A stretch of 60,991 bases of DNA, taken from an uncultured Clostridia bacterium. Its GTDB lineage: Bacteria > Bacillota > Clostridia > Christensenellales > Borkfalkiaceae. The notes under the pieces are model-generated. The model was not told where the DNA came from. It saw nothing but the letters and a program-made list of their open reading frames with translations, and searched no databases. Each line of letters starts with the position of its first letter. The stretch's first letter is position 1. Positions 45,873 to 54,935 of the stretch are shown here, in pieces. Made by a program: the position numbers and the translations under genes. Location of the stretch: assembly GCA_944341315.1 (NCBI GenBank), contig CALVLW010000056.1, forward strand, positions 1 through 60,991, read 5' to 3'.

Positions 45873-46370
45873 TTAAAACAGCTTGTCGTCGTCATCGTCC
45901 TCGTCATCGTCGTCCTCGTCGTCGTAATCTTCGTCGTCGCCGTCGTAATCGGCGTCGAAGTCGGAGAGAGGATCGTCGTCTTCGTACTTTTCTTCCTCGT
46001 CGTCGAACTCCTCGTCGAGCTCTTCGGAGAGCTCCTCTTCGAGCGCTTCGCCGTCTACGGTGAGGTCTTCGTCGTCGTCGAGATAATTCTTCCACTCCTC
46101 GTCGGAATCCATGTCGACGTCTTCGTCGTCCTCGTACTGGCTTGCCTGCTTGCAGGCGTCGCACATCTTTTCGCCGTAGCGCATGGAGTTGACGCCGCAT
46201 ACGGGGCAGATCTCCGTCTTTTCGGCTTCGGCGTCGTTTTCGTCGTCGTCGAAATCGGCGAACTGAAGGCGGTTGCCCTTCATTTCCGCGATGCAGACGT
46301 CGCAGTATTCCTGCTTTGCGGGATCTATATAGTTGAGCTCGCACCTGGGGCATTTAACGTACTTGATCAT
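45873..46370 (-). CDS. Hypothetical double CxxC zinc-ribbon protein with an extremely acidic C-terminal tail
   Basis: CPRC...CDVC and CPVC...CDAC. After that, about 90 residues are dominated by D/E. Confidence 0.6.
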   Translation of the reverse strand: MIKYVKCPRCELNYIDPAKQEYCDVCIAEMKGNRLQFADFDDDENDAEAEKTEICPVCGVNSMRYGEKMCDACKQASQYEDDEDVDMDSDEEWKNYLDDDEDLTVDGEALEEELSEELDEEFDDEEEKYEDDDPLSDFDADYDGDDEDYDDEDDDDEDDDDDKLF

Positions 46371-46532
46371 ATTCTGACTTTCTCCGTATCTTAAAATGCA
46401 GCCGGGGATATGGTTCGTTTTCCCTCGTCCTTAATCAATGGTAACATTATATTAGCATTTGACTTATTTGTAAACCGTTTTGACAAAAGAATATCAAATT
46501 TTTTTAAGTAATTTCGCCGATACGCAAAAAAC

Positions 46533-46556
46533 GGGCGGAGCCGTGCGGCTCCGCCC
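46533..46556 (-). terminator. Intrinsic terminator after the large lipoprotein gene
   Basis: GGGCGGAGCC-GCAC-GGCUCCGCCC followed by GUUUUUUG on the minus strand. Confidence 0.8.
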
Positions 46557-46569
46557 TCGTTTTTACCGG

Positions 46570-48900
46570 TCATTCTTCCGTTTTGTTTTCGTCGTTGAAG
46601 TAAACGTCGATGTCCTTATCGTCGGTGGTGTCCACCTTGATGCGCGCCTTTTTGTAGATGGGCAGGCGCTTGTTCTTTTTGCGCAGCAGGAACAGCGTGA
46701 GCAGCACGGCGCCGCCTATCACGAGCAGGCCGCACGCGCACATGCCGATTATAAAGCCCGCCTTGCCGCCAGCGGAGAGACCGTCGTACCAGCCGTCCGA
46801 CTGCTCCTCTTCGGGTTCAGCCTGCATATAATCGCTGCGGAGAGCCTCGATATAGCTCTCTTCCTCGTCCTCCGTCATTGTGCCGACGAGGTTGTAATAA
46901 TACTTGCGCGAAGTCGCGAACACGTCTTCGCCGTTCACCTTTCTGGTGTATTCGGCAAATTCGGAATACTCGTTGTCCGCCGCGGGGGTTATGAACGCAA
47001 GGTACATGCGCTCTTCGTCTGCGGAATAGGGAACTTCGGCGTCCTCGGCATCGCTGTTCTCCCACATTTCGTCGAGCTCCGCCATATATTCCTTGTCGCC
47101 CGTGTAGAAGGCGTAACGCAGGGCGTCGGGCAGGTGTTCGTACTTTTCGGTGTCGATGTCGGCGACTATGCTCTTGTCGGTGCCCATGACCTTGTCGTAA
47201 ACGTCGTTGACGTCGGCTATGTCCGCGTTGGACATCGTAACGGCGCCGTCCGCAGCCGAACCTTCGGGACGGAGGTCGAACGCCATTATATATTCGTAGT
47301 CGGTCATGTCGCTCGTGTTGGACGCAAAGAAGAAGTGTCCCGCGAGTATTTCGGGCATGTACCAATTTGCCGCAACGTCGAGGTCGAGTATCTTGGTATC
47401 CTTATAGTTGGAGGTGCTGTCGTCCACGGGATACTGCATGTAATCCGAGGCGGTGCCGCCCAGCGCCACCCTGTGCACGGAATAGGAGTTGCCGCCGTCG
47501 CCGGTGAAGCCGTAATAGAGGAAAGTAAATTCCTTTTCTTCGGCGGAAGCCTCGTTGCTTACCTTTGCCTTTTCGGTGTTCACCGCGAACACGGTTATCT
47601 CGTCGGCGGCCTTTGCCAGCCTTATGTCGTCCGTGAGCGTGCCTTTTTTGTCGTCCGTGCCGTAGACGGAGGTCATGAGCATGCCGTTATCGGTGTATAT
47701 CACGCCCGAAGGGGTGCCGTCCGCCGATTCGAGATAGGTGTAATCGGCCACCGCGGACGCGTCGAGCAGCAGCAGTTTGCTGCCGTAGGTATCCTTTGCG
47801 GAGGGGTTGCCCGCAACGGGATCCCAGCTTTCGCCCAGCTCGGAGTCCTTTACGTACAGGAGCACCGGTTCGTCTTCCGTTTCCACGGTGTAATACAGCG
47901 TGCCGTTTTCGTAGGAAACGAGGTCGTAATTATAGCCCGAAATGGTGTTTGCGCCCTCGGGACGGGTGCCCGCCTTATCGGCGGTGTAACCGTAGTTGAA
48001 CTGTGTGAGCCCGGAGAGGCTGCCTATGCCGTCGAACACGAATTCGCCGAGGTTGACGTACAGAGGATCGGTCTCGGGATCGTAATCTTCGACGTAAGAG
48101 AAGTCGTATGCGCGGCCGTCCGCCTCCTTGGCGGAAGCGCTGACGCGATAGATCTGGTTATAACCCGCGTCCGCCCGGTTGTCGGTGCCGAGGTTGTAGC
48201 TTACGTCCATCGTGTAATACACGCAGGGGTTTGCCGCGTCGTCGGAATCGAACAGATAGCTTGCCACGTCGTAAGCGAGCAGGGTATCCGTGCGCGTTTC
48301 AAGCTCGAGAGAGTGGATGTTGGTGCGCTCTTCCTCGTCGTAAGTTTCGGACAGGGCGTACAGCAGGTAGACCTTGCCGTCGTCCTCCACGAAGCGGTAG
48401 TCGAGGTCGGTGCTCTGCGACTGGAAGTAATAATCGCTCATCACTTCGGTGCCGTCGAGCTTGGCGCGCTTGAATTCGAGGCGGGTGTTCAGCGTGGTGC
48501 CGCCCGCGTCCCTTGCGGTGGAAGGCGTGCTGAAATACACGTAATCGCCGTAAACGTAGATGCCGCCGTTATAGTTGCCCGAATACATCACGAGGGGGAC
48601 CACCGTCTGCGAAGAAGCGTAGTTGCCTGCGGCGAGATCGCTTTTGGAGATGCGCATGAGCGCGCCCTTGTGCACTTCGCCGTAAGTATTGTTTGCGGTG
48701 TTGTCCTCGACGCCGTTGATATAATAGACGTAGTTGCCCTTTTCCACGGCAAAACCGCCGTTGGAAACGACCTCGCCGCTTATATCGCCTTCTAGCTTGT
48801 CCGAGTTATAGAAGCCGCCGCAGCCGGCAGCCAGCATAAGTCCCGCCGCCGATACGGCGGCTACGGCGCAAGTGAGCGCCATCTTTACCTTTTTACGCAT
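46570..48900 (-). CDS. Large surface protein with a lipobox and a C-terminal TM anchor; beta-propeller-like (DUF5050-like) repeats
   Basis: The signal peptide ends LAAG|C. It has recurrent G.YVYY/YVYF strand motifs. The C-terminal helix GFIIGMCACGLLVIGGAVLLTLFLL is followed by RKKNKR. Confidence 0.65.
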   Translation of the reverse strand: MRKKVKMALTCAVAAVSAAGLMLAAGCGGFYNSDKLEGDISGEVVSNGGFAVEKGNYVYYINGVEDNTANNTYGEVHKGALMRISKSDLAAGNYASSQTVVPLVMYSGNYNGGIYVYGDYVYFSTPSTARDAGGTTLNTRLEFKRAKLDGTEVMSDYYFQSQSTDLDYRFVEDDGKVYLLYALSETYDEEERTNIHSLELETRTDTLLAYDVASYLFDSDDAANPCVYYTMDVSYNLGTDNRADAGYNQIYRVSASAKEADGRAYDFSYVEDYDPETDPLYVNLGEFVFDGIGSLSGLTQFNYGYTADKAGTRPEGANTISGYNYDLVSYENGTLYYTVETEDEPVLLYVKDSELGESWDPVAGNPSAKDTYGSKLLLLDASAVADYTYLESADGTPSGVIYTDNGMLMTSVYGTDDKKGTLTDDIRLAKAADEITVFAVNTEKAKVSNEASAEEKEFTFLYYGFTGDGGNSYSVHRVALGGTASDYMQYPVDDSTSNYKDTKILDLDVAANWYMPEILAGHFFFASNTSDMTDYEYIMAFDLRPEGSAADGAVTMSNADIADVNDVYDKVMGTDKSIVADIDTEKYEHLPDALRYAFYTGDKEYMAELDEMWENSDAEDAEVPYSADEERMYLAFITPAADNEYSEFAEYTRKVNGEDVFATSRKYYYNLVGTMTEDEEESYIEALRSDYMQAEPEEEQSDGWYDGLSAGGKAGFIIGMCACGLLVIGGAVLLTLFLLRKKNKRLPIYKKARIKVDTTDDKDIDVYFNDENKTEE

Positions 48901-49272
48901 TTTTTACCCCAATACTGTAATCAGTAGGTAGATATACCGAGTATTTATAAAGTAAAGCCGTGGAAAAAAACTTTACAAAGCAGTTTTTATTATATACCAA
49001 AACCGATTTTTAAGCAATTAAAAACAAGTTGTATTTAATGAAATTTTATAAAAGGAGAGCAAAATCACGGACAGATCTGCACTTTTCGATCTTTTGAAGG
49101 CGCTTTACGCCGCCGGCGGCGCAAAAAAGCGGGAGGACGGCGGCGCGGAGCCGCAGCCGGAGCCCGCGCGCGGAACGGACGCGGAGCCGGACAACGGCGC
49201 GGCGGACGTGCTTGCGGGGATAATCGAGCGGCACGAACGCATCTCCAACAACCTGAAAAGAAGATAAAAATA

Positions 49273-49296
49273 TGCGCGCGGCGGTTGCCGCGCGCA
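49273..49296 (-). terminator. Intrinsic terminator after rpsI
   Basis: UGCGCGCGGC-AACC-GCCGCGCGCA followed by UAUUUUUAUCUUCUUUU on the minus strand. Confidence 0.8.
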
Positions 49297-49323
49297 CGAT
49301 CGTGCATCGGTATTCCGGCGCGA

Positions 49324-49737
49324 TCACCTCTTGGAGAACTGAGGTGCACGGCGCGCCTTTTTGAGGCCGTACTTTTTGCGCTCCTTGACGCGGGGATCGC
49401 GGGTGAGGAAGCCTGCCTTTTTGAGGGCGGGACGGCACTCGGGCTCTGCCTGAAGGAGAGCGCGGGAGATGCCGAGGCGGATAGCGCCCGCCTGGCCCGT
49501 AAGGCCGCCGCCGTATACGTTTACGTATATATCGTATTTATTTTCCGCCGCAAGCAGCACGAGGGGCTGCATAACGTCGTAACGGAGAACGGACTGAGGG
49601 AAATAATCTTCGAAAGCCCTTTCGTTGATTACTATGCTGCCGCTGCCCGCCGGAATGAGGCGGACGCGGGCGATGGCCTTTTTCCTTCTGCCAGTGCCCC
49701 AGAACTGAAGTTTCTTTTTCAAAGTTGCTTTTGCCAT
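49324..49737 (-). CDS. rpsI: 30S ribosomal protein S9
   Basis: [31 protein letters not shown] and C-terminal [17 protein letters not shown]. Confidence 0.95.
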   Translation of the reverse strand: MAKATLKKKLQFWGTGRRKKAIARVRLIPAGSGSIVINERAFEDYFPQSVLRYDVMQPLVLLAAENKYDIYVNVYGGGLTGQAGAIRLGISRALLQAEPECRPALKKAGFLTRDPRVKERKKYGLKKARRAPQFSKR

Positions 49738-49756
49738 AACTTTTTTCCCTCACTCC

Positions 49757-50188
49757 TTAAAATAGCTTGAGCTCTTCGGGCTTCTGTGCCGCGTGGTTGT
49801 GCTCCGCACCCTTATATACGCGCAGCTTTTTGATCATCGCCCTGCCCAGCGAATTTTTGGGGAGCATGCCCCTTACCGCTTCGTAAACCGCAAGGTCGCT
49901 CTTTTCGGCGAGCATCTTTTTATAGGATACCTCTTTAAGGCCGCCGATATAGCCGGTGTGATAGCGGTAGAACTTGTCTTCGAGCTTTTTGCCGGTAAGC
50001 ACCACCTTATCGGAATTGACGATTATGACGAAATCGCCCGTGTCTACGTTGGGCGTGAAAATAGGCTTGTTTTTGCCGCGAAGAACGGCAGCCACCTTGG
50101 AGGCGAGCCTTCCGAGGGGAACGCCTGCGGCGTCTACAACATACCATTTTCTTTCTACTGTCTGGGCGTTTGCCATGTAGGTTTTCAT
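49757..50188 (-). CDS. rplM: 50S ribosomal protein L13
   Basis: RKWYVVDA....LGRLAS.VA..LRGK.KP.FTP and the C-terminal YKG..H.H.AQ. Confidence 0.95.
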   Translation of the reverse strand: MKTYMANAQTVERKWYVVDAAGVPLGRLASKVAAVLRGKNKPIFTPNVDTGDFVIIVNSDKVVLTGKKLEDKFYRYHTGYIGGLKEVSYKKMLAEKSDLAVYEAVRGMLPKNSLGRAMIKKLRVYKGAEHNHAAQKPEELKLF

Positions 50189-50297
50189 GTTGATAACTCC
50201 ATTTATGATTGTGAAAAACGTTTACCGCACCGCGCGGTATCTTTTGTTGCCTCTTGCAATGTAGGTTTATTTTATTATTTTATAAAATTTCTGTCAA
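50189..50297 (-). promoter_or_regulatory. rplM-rpsI promoter and leader with an attenuator-like hairpin (possible L13 autoregulatory leader)
   Basis: TTGACA (50297-50292), a 17-nt spacer, then TAAAAT (50274-50269). The leader hairpin UACCGC-GCGGU-GCGGUA (50223-50239) is followed by AACGUUUUUC. Confidence 0.5.
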
Positions 50298-50466
50298 GCT
50301 GTTTTGAGTTGCGTTTACAAAGTTTTTCAAAAATAATTGCAAATAATCTGTAAGCGCAGATTTTGCGCCCGTTTTGCGCCGATTTGGCGGTTTTTTGCCG
50401 TTTTTCGGCAAAAAACGCCGCGGCGGAAGGGCGCCCGGCAAGCCCCCGACGGGGCGGCGGCGGGGC

Positions 50467-50501
50467 GGAAAGCGCCGCGGCATTCCGCCGCGGCGCTTTC
50501 C
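50467..50501. terminator. GC-rich hairpin downstream of alaS (no U-tract on the minus strand)
   Basis: GGAAAGCGCCGCGG, a 7-nt loop, then CCGCGGCGCTTTCC (14 bp). Confidence 0.35.
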
Positions 50502-50527
50502 GTTATATATTTTTCTCCCTATAAGCG

Positions 50528-52330
50528 TTATTTGACGAGCACCGCCTTTATCCTCTTTATGCCGGCGGAGACGTTCTCCTGCTTGGCTATCCTGAACGTG
50601 CCCAGAACGCCCGTGCGCTCTACGTGGGGCCCGCCGCAGATCTCCTTTGAAAAATCGCCGATGGCGTAAGTTTTTACCCTTTCGCCGTACTTGCTTTCGA
50701 ACAGGCCCGTAAAGCCCCGCTCCTTTGCCTCTTCCAGCGACATCTCCTCCATTACGACGGGTTCGTCCTTTGCTATCTCGCCGTTTACGAGGTCCTCCAC
50801 CGCCTTTACCTCCTCCGGAGTGAGCTTGCGGGGGAAATTGAAGTCGAAGCGCAGCCTTTCCTCGGTGATGTTGGAGCCCTTCTGGTTGACGTCGTCGCCG
50901 CAGACCTTTCTTAACGCGGCGTGCAGCAGATGGGTGGCGGTGTGCAGTTTGGTCGTTTCCTCCTTGTGGTCGGCAAGCCCGCAGGCGAACTTCTGCTCGC
51001 TGCCCGCGCGCGACTTGTTCTGGTGTTCGGCGAACGCCGCCTTGTAACCTTCCTCGTCCACCGCGAGCCCCTTTTCGCGCGCCATCTCCATGGTTATCTC
51101 CACGGGGAAGCCGTAAGTATCGTAAAGCCTGAACGCCGAATGGCCGTCTATCACGCCGCCCGCGGGGAGAGCGGACGCCACCTTTTCGAACTCCCTGATG
51201 CCCTGCTTTAAGGTGGCGGAGAACTTCTCCTCCTCCTTGTTGAGCTCCTCGGCTATGTGCGCGGCGTTGCGCTCAAGCTCGCCGTAAACGGAGGCGTATT
51301 TTTCTATTATGGTCCCGGACACCTCGTTGAGCGCGCCCTTGGGCAGGCCTATGTTCCTGCCGTAGCGCACCGCGCGGCGGATGACTCTGCGCAGGATATA
51401 GCCCTGGTCGGTGTTCGAAGGAACTATGCCGTGGTCGTCGCCCAGCATGAACGTGGCGGTGCGGACGTGGTCGAGCACCACGCGGAACGCCTTGGTGACC
51501 TCTTCGCTCTCGCCGTATTTTTTGCCGGTGAGCTCCTCTATTTTTGCTATCGCCTTTTCGAAGATGTCCGTTTCGTAAACGCTGTCCACGCCGTTTAGTA
51601 TGCACAGCGTGCGTTCCAGCCCCATGCCCGTGTCCACGTTGCGCTGTTTAAGAGGCTCGTAAGTGCCTTCGGCAGTCTTGTTGTACTGCATGAACACGTC
51701 GTTCCATATTTCCAGGAAAGTGCCCTTGGGCGCGTCGTCGAAGTCGTAAGCGCCCAGCTTGTCCGCGGCGGCGTGGTCGCGGATTATGTGCATCTCCGTG
51801 TCGGGACCGCAGGGGCCGGTAGTGCCGGCGGGGCCCCACCAGTTGCCCGATTTGGGCAGAAAGAAGATGTGTTCGGGCTTTATGCCGCACTTTTCCCACA
51901 GCTTTGCGCTCTCTTCGTCCTTGGGGCAGTCCGCGTCGCCGGCAAAGCACGTTACCGCGATGTCTTCCACGGGGATGCCGAGATATTCGGGCGAGGTGAG
52001 AAATTCGAACGACCAGGGGATCATCTGCTCCTTGAAGTAATCGCCGAGCGACCAGTTGCCGAGCATCTCGAAGAAGGTGCAGTGCGAGCTGTCGCCCACC
52101 TCGTCGATGTCGCCCGTGCGGACGCACTTCTGCACGTCGGTGAGCCTGTTGCCCGCGGGATGCTTTTCGCCCAGAAGATAGGGCACGAGCGGGTGCATGC
52201 CCGCCGTGGTGAACAGCACCGTGGGATCGTTTTCCGGGATGAGCGACGCCGAGGGGATAACGGCGTGCCCTTTGGACTTGAAGAAACCGAGATACATATC
52301 TCTTAAAGATTCCGATGTGAGCTTTTTCAT
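50528..52330 (-). CDS. alaS: Alanine--tRNA ligase, short form (catalytic, tRNA-recognition and editing domains; no C-Ala domain)
   Basis: N-terminal FFKSKGH..IPS.SLIP.NDPT.LFT.AGM and FEMLGNWS.GDYFK. Editing-domain motifs are TATHLLHAAL (HxxxH) and CGGPHV. The protein ends ~25 aa after the latter, at 600 aa. Confidence 0.85.
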   Translation of the reverse strand: MKKLTSESLRDMYLGFFKSKGHAVIPSASLIPENDPTVLFTTAGMHPLVPYLLGEKHPAGNRLTDVQKCVRTGDIDEVGDSSHCTFFEMLGNWSLGDYFKEQMIPWSFEFLTSPEYLGIPVEDIAVTCFAGDADCPKDEESAKLWEKCGIKPEHIFFLPKSGNWWGPAGTTGPCGPDTEMHIIRDHAAADKLGAYDFDDAPKGTFLEIWNDVFMQYNKTAEGTYEPLKQRNVDTGMGLERTLCILNGVDSVYETDIFEKAIAKIEELTGKKYGESEEVTKAFRVVLDHVRTATFMLGDDHGIVPSNTDQGYILRRVIRRAVRYGRNIGLPKGALNEVSGTIIEKYASVYGELERNAAHIAEELNKEEEKFSATLKQGIREFEKVASALPAGGVIDGHSAFRLYDTYGFPVEITMEMAREKGLAVDEEGYKAAFAEHQNKSRAGSEQKFACGLADHKEETTKLHTATHLLHAALRKVCGDDVNQKGSNITEERLRFDFNFPRKLTPEEVKAVEDLVNGEIAKDEPVVMEEMSLEEAKERGFTGLFESKYGERVKTYAIGDFSKEICGGPHVERTGVLGTFRIAKQENVSAGIKRIKAVLVK

Positions 52331-52360
52331 ATCCGTTTACCTTGTTTTATATAAAATACC

Positions 52361-53752
52361 TTATTTTTTTATTATCTCGTAGCCCTCTTTGCCGTCCTTT
52401 ACGGAATAGCCGAGGGAATCTATCTGCGCGCGCAGCCCGTCGGCAAGCGCCCAATCCTTTGCCTTTTTTGCCTCCCAGCGGCGCCGCGCGAGCTCGCCGA
52501 CCTCATCCGGCACCTCGAACGCGTTCTTTGCCGCCACTTCCGCGAGGTAGTCCTCCGGGCGCTTTGAAAACAGCCCCAGCAGCGAATAGGTCTTTGCCAC
52601 CTGCGCGCAGTCGTCGGCGGCGGTCGCGTCGCCGGCGGCGAGCTTTGCCGAAACGCCCTTGAATACGGCGAACAGCTCCGAAAGGGCGAGCGCCGTGTTG
52701 AAGTCGTCGTCCATGCACTCGTCGAAACGGGCGTCTATGGCGGGCGCGTCCGCCTTTCCCGCGCCGAACCTGTCGTTTGCCGCTTTCATTATTTTATAAA
52801 ATTCGGTAAGATGGCGTTCCGCCTCCGGAAAGAGGTCGTCGGTGACGTTTATGTCGTTGCGATAGTTTGTTTGCAGCAGCGCGAACTTGATGGCTTCGTT
52901 GGTGTACTTTTTGAGCAGATCTTCCAAAAGCAGGCTGTTGCCCAGCGATTTGGACATCTTTTGCCCGTTAACCTTTATAAGCCCGTTGTGCGTCCAATAT
53001 TTTGCAAAGCGCTTGCCCGTGAGGCTTTCGCTCTGCGCTATCTCGTTTTCGTGGTGGGGAAAGATGAGGTCGCGCCCGCCGCCGTGTATATCTATCCGGT
53101 CGCCGAACGCCGCGCGGTTCATTGCGGAACACTCTATGTGCCAGCCCGGCCTGCCCTTGCCCCAGGGCGAATCCCAGCAGATCTCGCCCGGTTTTGCCGC
53201 CTTCCACAGCGCGAAGTCGGCGGGATCGCGCTTGTCCTCGGCATTTTCCACGCGCACGCCGTCGAGCATGTCCTCCACCGAGCGGTTGGAAAGGCAGCCG
53301 TAGGCGGGAAAACTTGCGACCGAGAAATACACGTCGCCCGAGGGGGCGGCATAGGCGTGTCCCTTTGCGATGAGCTGCTCCACGAAATCGATAATGTTGC
53401 CGATGTTTTCGGTGGCTTTGAGCCACACGTCCGGATCGTCCACGCCGAAGTCGCGCATTATCTTATCCGTCTTTTTTATCATCGCCGCGGCGTATTCGTC
53501 CGCGGGTATGCCCGTTTCTTTGCTCTTTGCGATTATCTTGTCGTCCACGTCGGTATAGTTGCGCGCGTACCTTACGTTATAACCCTTTTTTTGCAGATAT
53601 TTGCGCATCACGTCGTAGATGAGCGCCTGAAAGCCGTGGCCTATGTGCGGTTCGCCCGACACCGTTATGCCGCAGGCGTACATCTTTACCCTGCCTTCTT
53701 CCAGCGGAACGAACTCCTCCTTGCGGCGGGTGAGAGTGTTATAAATCTTCAT
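52361..53752 (-). CDS. cysS: Cysteine--tRNA ligase
   Basis: The HIGH region is HIGH itself (GEPHIGHGF) and KMSKS is present (QKMSKSLGN). WHIECSAM zinc site. Confidence 0.95.
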   Translation of the reverse strand: MKIYNTLTRRKEEFVPLEEGRVKMYACGITVSGEPHIGHGFQALIYDVMRKYLQKKGYNVRYARNYTDVDDKIIAKSKETGIPADEYAAAMIKKTDKIMRDFGVDDPDVWLKATENIGNIIDFVEQLIAKGHAYAAPSGDVYFSVASFPAYGCLSNRSVEDMLDGVRVENAEDKRDPADFALWKAAKPGEICWDSPWGKGRPGWHIECSAMNRAAFGDRIDIHGGGRDLIFPHHENEIAQSESLTGKRFAKYWTHNGLIKVNGQKMSKSLGNSLLLEDLLKKYTNEAIKFALLQTNYRNDINVTDDLFPEAERHLTEFYKIMKAANDRFGAGKADAPAIDARFDECMDDDFNTALALSELFAVFKGVSAKLAAGDATAADDCAQVAKTYSLLGLFSKRPEDYLAEVAAKNAFEVPDEVGELARRRWEAKKAKDWALADGLRAQIDSLGYSVKDGKEGYEIIKK

Positions 53753-53755
53753 CCT

Positions 53756-54541
53756 TTACTCCTTTGATCCTGCTATATGTGCGTCCGTTTTTTCCTCTTC
53801 GTCCTCTTTTGCGGGGGAATGCAGCGCCTCGGTGAGGGCGGAACGCCCTGAGCGGCCGAGTTCTGCTATGAACGCCTCCTCCGCCGGGGTGTAGACGGGG
53901 AACTTTTCTTCGCCGACGATGGCGCGCAGCTCCTCTTCCAGCTTTATCACGCGCTCGCGCAGGCGGCAGATCTCCTTTGCGTAGGGATCGGATTTTTCCT
54001 GATAGAGGTCCACGCCCTCCTTGCTGCCGCCGATGCGCACCACGCGCGCGGGCACGCCCACCACCGTTGCGTGCGGGGGCACGTCTTTGAGCACCACGGC
54101 GCCCGCGCCCACTTTGGCGCAGTCGCCCACCGTTATGCCGCCGAGCACCTTTGCACCCGCCGAAATGACGCAGTTTTCGCCCACCGTGGGGTGGCGCTTG
54201 CCGGATTCCTTGCCCGTGCCGCCCAGCGTGACGCCCTGATATATAACGGTGCCTTCGCCCACTTCGGCAGTTTCGCCTATCACGACGCCCGCGCCGTGAT
54301 CGATGAATACTCCGGGGGCAATTTTTGCCGCGGGATGGATCTCGATGCCGGTAAAGAACTTTGCCGTCTGGCTGAGCATGCGCGCCAAAAGCTTTAATTT
54401 AATGCGGTAAAAGAATGCCGCGGCCCTGTGCCACGAAAGCGCGTGCACGCCCGAATACGTAAGCCATATCTCGAACTTGCTGCGCGCGGCGGGATCGTTC
54501 TTTTTGGCGGCGTTTATGTCCGCGCGTAATTTTTTGAACAT
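53756..54541 (-). CDS. cysE: Serine O-acetyltransferase with a C-terminal extension
   Basis: N-terminal helical SATase domain, then hexapeptide repeats (IDHGAGVVIGETAEVGEGTVIYQGVTLGG). About 70 extra coiled/acidic residues sit at the C-terminus. Confidence 0.9.
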   Translation of the reverse strand: MFKKLRADINAAKKNDPAARSKFEIWLTYSGVHALSWHRAAAFFYRIKLKLLARMLSQTAKFFTGIEIHPAAKIAPGVFIDHGAGVVIGETAEVGEGTVIYQGVTLGGTGKESGKRHPTVGENCVISAGAKVLGGITVGDCAKVGAGAVVLKDVPPHATVVGVPARVVRIGGSKEGVDLYQEKSDPYAKEICRLRERVIKLEEELRAIVGEEKFPVYTPAEEAFIAELGRSGRSALTEALHSPAKEDEEEKTDAHIAGSKE

Positions 54542-54559
54542 GATTGTCTACCTTTTTGC

Positions 54560-54840
54560 CGTATTTTTATGCGGAAAAGAAAAAAGCCCCGCATACCTAA
54601 TGGTATGCAGAGGCGCAACGTACGCGTGCGCGGTCCCACTCCGCTTCCGCCGCGGGCAACCCTGCCCGAAGCGCTCTTTTGCCGTTTACGGCGGCTGCCG
54701 CGGGGGCATTTCCTCCCCCGTTACGTGCGAAAAACCGCACCGACGGCGCATACGCGGCTGCGGCCCTGCGGGATTTTCAGCTGCCTCCCGCTCTCTGAAA
54801 GGGCTTTGCAGACGTTTTTTCCGTCACGATTATCTTTTAC
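54560..54840 (-). promoter_or_regulatory. T-box riboswitch leader, probable Cys (UGC) specifier
   Basis: On the minus strand, Stem I carries the AGAGAG bulge and a GCUGAAAA distal loop. The specifier-side loop reads CCGCGUA-UGC-G just before the closing helix GACGG/CCGUC. The T-box sequence is GGAGUGGGACCGCGC. The terminator CUGCAUACC-AUUA-GGUAUGCGG is followed by GGCUUUUUU (54586-54613). Confidence 0.8.
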
Positions 54841-54846
54841 GCTTAA

Positions 54847-54875
54847 ATTATAATATAACGCCGCCTCCAACGCAA
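54847..54875 (-). promoter_or_regulatory. Sigma-A type promoter of the T-box operon
   Basis: TTGCGT (54875-54870), a 17-nt spacer, then TATAAT (54852-54847). Confidence 0.7.
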
Positions 54876-54935
54876 GCAAAACGCGCAAAAAAATTAAAGT
54901 TGCAAAAAAGTTTTGCCTGCGCGGGGCGCGCGCCA

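Noticed and set aside
46480-48795. A 771-aa plus-strand ORF, the longest in the track.
   Set aside because: It is exactly antisense to the 776-aa minus-strand lipoprotein gene. Its product is low-complexity V/G/H/R/A/F-rich, with no signal, motif or RBS. Stop-free antisense frames are expected in GC-rich coding DNA.
50391-50415. TTTTTTGCCG-TTTTT-CGGCAAAAAA as the alaS terminator.
   Set aside because: On either strand the U-run precedes the stem and an A-run follows it, so it lacks the 3' U-tract of an intrinsic terminator.
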